The notes beneath the pieces were generated by a model. The model did no database searches, had not been told where the DNA came from, and was given only the letters and a program-made list of their open reading frames with translations. The position numbers were made by a program, and so were the translations under genes. This document shows positions 1 through 64,000 of a stretch of DNA of 64,000 nt, in pieces. Positions within the stretch are counted from its first letter, which is position 1, and each line of letters opens with the position of its first letter. Location of the stretch: positions 806,001 to 870,000 of the forward strand of contig MU058213.1 in assembly GCA_013265495.1 (NCBI GenBank), written 5' to 3'. The stretch comes from Vicugna vicugna. Its lineage: Eukaryota.

Positions 1-1780
1 CATACAAGGTGTTCTCACTGCAGCTGCTTAGTTAAAATCTTGTTAAACCATCACTGCCCATAAAACTTGGCCTCAAAGCATTGTTCAATTGCTCAAAATA
101 CTGTTATTCCTAGACGTACTTGGTTCTATCAGTAGAATTTGCTTTCCTACTATATAAACGAAAAAAATTTTTACTGCAAGCTTGGGGTGAGGAGGAGGAG
201 GTGGTCATGGGGGCTAAGTTCTTTCTCAGCATATGATGAAATCGTGGAGGTGAGGAAGTGGGCAAAGTCACCACCTTTGTAATTGTGGGTCTGGCCCAGC
301 GGCAGGGCTAGGGTGTGCCCTGGAGATGTGGGAGTTGGCAGTGGGGGCATGACTGGGGACCACGAGGGGAAGTTCTGGCTGTGGGGAAGAGGCTGTGTGC
401 TACCCCTATTCACCTGTAAGCTCGGTGTGAGGACCCCAGGTATGTGCTCTGTAGCTGTGGGAGCTATCCAGGGGCGAATAGCCCCTCCAGAGTGTCTTCT
501 CAGTTGGCCTGTTTAAACGTTACAGCTCCAGTTTCCACAGGGGGTGAGAAGGGAGATCAAACTGACATTTACTGATCATTTTATATATATGACCTCATCC
601 TTGTAACAGCCCTACAAGGTGAGTAGGATGATCTTTTACAGATGAGGACACTGAAGCTGCATAGAAGTTAAATGGCATGTTCAGCATCAAACAGAGAGCT
701 GGCAGGGGCCCCAGGACCACCCACCCTGCTCTTTGTAATGTTCCAAGTCACATGTGAATTCACTTCTAGGCTGATTATAACATAGATGCTGATGATAATG
801 GGTTTGTTTTCTTTGAAAATCAGAGTAATTCCCTTAATACACCACACTGGAGAGACTGGACCATCATTTTAGCTACCAAAGAGGAAGTCAGTGACAAATA
901 TTGGTGTCTTACTCCAAGTGCAGCCACGTGACTTCCCAAGACACAGACTATAGCCAGACGAGGTGACTCCCGCAGAGGGACATCAGTCTTACGTGACTGC
1001 TAAGAATGAAGCACTCAAAGGCATATGTGGTCCTTCCTGATTTAACGGTCCAATCTCCTACTTTTAAACAATAAGCAACCAGGGCTCAGAGAATATGGGC
1101 AGTTCTACTGAGAAATTCAGAGAGAACCCAGGTGTAATCTTAGAAGTGACACATCTTCTAAACCATGCCTGGCTAGCATGGCTATTCCGTGACAATTGCA
1201 GAGAATATTTGTGTAATCTTAACAATTATTCTATTAACATGTTTCACACATCTAGTGGATGCTTAAAAGCTACCCAAACTTACAGTGAAATGGTTGGCAC
1301 TGAGGAAGAAAGGACACACAGGTCTGTGTTTTCTGATAGAGAAGGAATTCAGATAAGCCTCGATTGTCCAAGCATGGACCATTGCTTGTGTCCATTATCT
1401 GCTAACATTTTGAAGTGGAAGATTCTGACACAGTAATTTAATTTTAATACAGGTATTTGTAGATACAGAACAACATGATGGATTATGTAACAGTGGTTCA
1501 TGTCAATTTATAATTTCATATGGAAGTATTCTCTAGGTCAACATATTCCAGTAACTTTTATGTAAATGGAATTTTTGTAAAGTAAGAATACTGACTTTTA
1601 AAACATGAAGAGCAGTACTCCTAAGGCAAAGGCAGTCTTGGGGCTACTCTTGAAGGAACTGAAGGAATCAGGGTCCTTCTGCCTTCACACGGGGGCGCGT
1701 TTAGCTGAGCCGGTGGGGGTGAGGACCTGCCCCGCCGCGCGCAGGTCAGACGCGCTGAGAAAGTGAGGAGCAGCCCCTAC

Positions 1781-60978
<59,198 letters not shown>

Positions 60979-61439
60979 GGGCGACAGAGGGCAGCTCAGG
61001 GGCCGCCGAGGTGCAAGGCTCGGTGGCTGGGCCGGCGGCTGTTTAAGGCCCCCGGGCAGGTAACCTTCCGCTCCGCGCAAGTCGGTGCAAACCAGCGCAA
61101 ATCAGCGCCGGGCCACCCTGAGGGAGAAGCTTCCTAGCGGCGGACTAACTTCCCCGAGGGCTGCAGCGCGGCGGGAGAGAAGGCGCGGATTGGCCCTGCC
61201 CGGCCCACCTGGCCAGTCCTCGCTGTGATTGGCGGGGCGGGGGCCGCGGGCGGGGCGCGCCCTCTTCCTCACAAGCGCCCGCAGTAAAGTGGGTCCACCT
61301 GGCGGGAAGCCGCGCGCTCCGCCCAGAGCCAGCCAGGCGGGGATTCGTTAGCTCTCCTGGCAGGAAACAGGTGTGTTCCAAGCTGTTCCCAGCCCGAGTT
61401 TTAGCTCCCCTTAGCGTGCTTACTGGAAAAAAGCAGAGG

Positions 61440-63600
61440 TTATAAACATTTGCATAGAAAACTGAGAAGAATCACCCAACTCTTAGAACTTGTTACAGTT
61501 CAGCCCGGAGATCATATTCAAAATCAGATATTAAAGTGAATAAGTTTCTTTCGTATGAGCAATAACCATTTAGAAAATAGAACATAGAAAAAAAAATAGA
61601 AAACAAGGTATCTGCAATATCAACGAAAATATAAAGTGTCCACTAACCAAAGTGCACTTGGCCCTTGTGGAGAAAATGTTCAGATTTCTCTTCAAGGATG
61701 TGAAAGAAGGCCTTACTAAACGGGAAGACATCGTTGCATGGATGGGAATATTTAATATTGTATGGGTGTCAACTGTATCCAAATTAATACATAAGCCTGA
61801 TATAATTGGAATCAAATTCCTAGCAGGACTTCTGGAGAGTTGTAAAGTGATTTTATATTTTATATGGAATAAAAGTCCATGTGTAACTAAGACAGTTCTC
61901 AAAACAAAGAACAAAGAGGAGTGGTTCATCCTACCATTTATTAAGGGATATCACAAAGCCATGGTCATTAAATGATGTGACACTGGCATGGGAATGGATA
62001 AATGAATAATGGAACAGAATGGAGTCCACCAACAGGACCCTGCATTATATAGTGGCCTGGAGAACCAGAGTGGGTGCAAAAAGATAATTTAATAGAAGGT
62101 CCCATTATGTGGAAGAAAAATACAAGCAAGTACATGGCAAACACTACATCCAAAAATAAACTCCAGATGGATTCATGATTAAAACTTAATAGTAAAATGA
62201 GGAAATTCTCAGAAAAAAATAGGGGTAATAAAATAGGGATACTGTCTCTTAAATGTTGGTTTAGGAAAGAATGAGTTAAGATCAAAGGAGCACATCCATG
62301 GACGGAAGAAATGTTGGATCTGAGGTCATCAGAATGGAAGATTTCTGTTCCATGAAGAACACCATTCACAAAGAAAGGCAACAGACTAGGAAATATATTT
62401 ACAATTTAAAGAACAAATAATTAATATCTAGAATGTTAATCTAGAATATATAAGAAACTACTGTAAATTGGTTAAAGAAAAGATAGGAAATCTAGTTTTA
62501 AATATTGGACAATTGACAAAGGAAATGAATAGGTAATTTGCAGATGGGGACACCCAAATGACTGGTTAGCACGTAAAGATATGTCAACTTTCTTAGTAGA
62601 GAAATACAAATGAAAATGACATATCACTTTACACCCAGAAGATTAGCAACAATATTTAGGTTGAACAACATCACATGATGCCTAGGATGTGAGAAAATCA
62701 GGACTTTTTTGCTCACTCAGCTGGTGGGAACTCTACAGGCATCCTTTAGTATCTAAGGGGGGTTTGGTCCCAGGGCTCCCAAGGAAATCAAACTCCTTGG
62801 ATGCTCAAGTCTCTTGTATACAGTGGCATAGTACTTGCACGTAACCTACATACATCGTCCTGTGTGTTTTAAATAATCTCTAGATTACTTATAATACCTA
62901 ATACAGTGTAAACACTATGTTAATAGTTGCTGGTTTTGCTTTTTTGGAAATTTCTGGAATTAAGAAATATGATTTTTGGGTCTGAAGATGGTTGAATCCA
63001 TGGACGCAGACCCTGTGGCTGTGGAGGGCTGACTGTACTAATACTCTCGTTCTAGAGAGCAATTTGAGAATACTTAGTGAAAATGAGTTTAGGCAGAAAA
63101 ATTCTCACATAGTCACCCGAAGCAACAGTTAAGTAGATGTTCATCACAACACAGTTATATATCTCAGAGTTGGAAGCACTTAAATATCCATCGATGGGAA
63201 ATGAGCAAATAAAACGGGGTGTACGTAGAACGTGAAAGTGTACAGCTGCTAGTGGGATCTACTTGTATCCCTCAGAGAGACGTAAAAAACAATGCTGAAC
63301 AGATGCCTAGCATAGGTCTTATATATATTTTTAAACTCCGTACTTCAATACCATAGTTCATGGATACGAGCGTATGTAAATAAAAGTGTAAGATAAATTA
63401 CAAAGACATCCACTAAGTATGCACAAGGGGATATTTATGAGGTTGAGGGAAGTGGGATTTGGCCTGAAGAAAAAAGGGAAACTAAAAATATTAAAAAGGG
63501 CTTGACATGGCCCAACACTGGTAAGTGCCAGAAAAAGAGAATTATGGTCAATTCAATTTTGTGCACCTATTGTCCAAAATGATAACATAAAGAAAAAGAA
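61440..63600 (+). mobile_element. Old degenerate L1M (ORF2 3' half plus 3' UTR) upstream of the promoter
   Basis: ORF remnants WMGIFNIV, IIGIKF...GL, FIWNK, KTVLKTKNKE, YHKAMVIK. Confidence 0.8.
62736..63035. mobile_element. MER2-like Tigger element nested in the L1M
   Basis: TA|CAGGCATCC...GGATGCTCAAGTC...CTCTAGATTACTTATAATACCTAATACA...GAGGGCTGACTG|TA. Confidence 0.8.
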
Positions 63601-63679
63601 AAGGCATGAAGTGTATCAGGACAGCTGCCTGATTCTCAGAGTCAAGAAAGGAATCTGAAAGTCTAACTACTTTCTTCTT

Positions 63680-64000
63680 TACATAAAATTTTTATTGAAG
63701 AATAGTATGATGTACAGAAAAGTACACAAATAGTAAGTGTATAGCTCAATGTGTTCTTACACATGGAACACAGCAATACACCCAAGTAACCACCACCCCG
63801 ATGTAGACAGAACATTTCCAGCATCCTCACACTGTCCATGTTCCTTCAAGCCATTACCCCTCAGAGATAACCACTGTTAAGACATCTATCACGATAGGTT
63901 AGTTTTACCAACTTCAGATGTTTTTATAAACGGAATCATGTATGCAACTTTTTGCACCTTGCTTTTTATATGACATTTATCCGCACTGTTGCATGTAACT
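63680..64000 (-). mobile_element. Old L1 3' end
   Basis: TTTTTATTGAAG...AAGTGTATAGCTC...AACCACCACCC...AGAACATTTCCAGCA. Confidence 0.7.

Overview
This is mammalian genomic DNA, not prokaryotic. It is very probably camelid (alpaca, llama or camel): it carries a Vic-1-like tRNA-derived SINE, and I saw no Alu, Bov-B or Bov-tA. The window holds the 5' 25 coding exons of MYO5C (unconventional myosin Vc) on the minus strand, from the ATG at 60978 down to 1781; the gene continues past the left edge. All 25 exons have canonical GT-AG boundaries and consistent phases, and splice to an uninterrupted 3207-nt / 1069-codon frame covering the motor domain, the IQ lever arm and the start of the coiled coil. 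A CpG-island promoter lies at about 60.4-61.4 kb. The introns are filled with ordinary mammalian repeats (L1, L2, MIR, CR1/L3, MaLR/ERVL/ERV1 solo LTRs, hAT and Tigger DNA transposons) plus a 3'-truncated 5S rRNA retrocopy. Nearly all ORFs in the supplied track are spurious. I found no evidence for a new multi-gene system. The best leads are: (1) an intron-4 stretch that looks like the non-hairpin ancestral state of the primate miR-1266 locus; (2) a sense-oriented LTR with a poly(A) signal just past exon 21 that could yield a tail-less motor isoform; (3) a tailless 5S retropseudogene with target-site duplications (TSDs); (4) a young L1 next to exon 5; (5) a dense ZEB/SNAI-type E-box cluster at the promoter. 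Repeat family names and comparisons with human sequence are from memory, not from a search, and TE boundaries are approximate unless TSDs are given.
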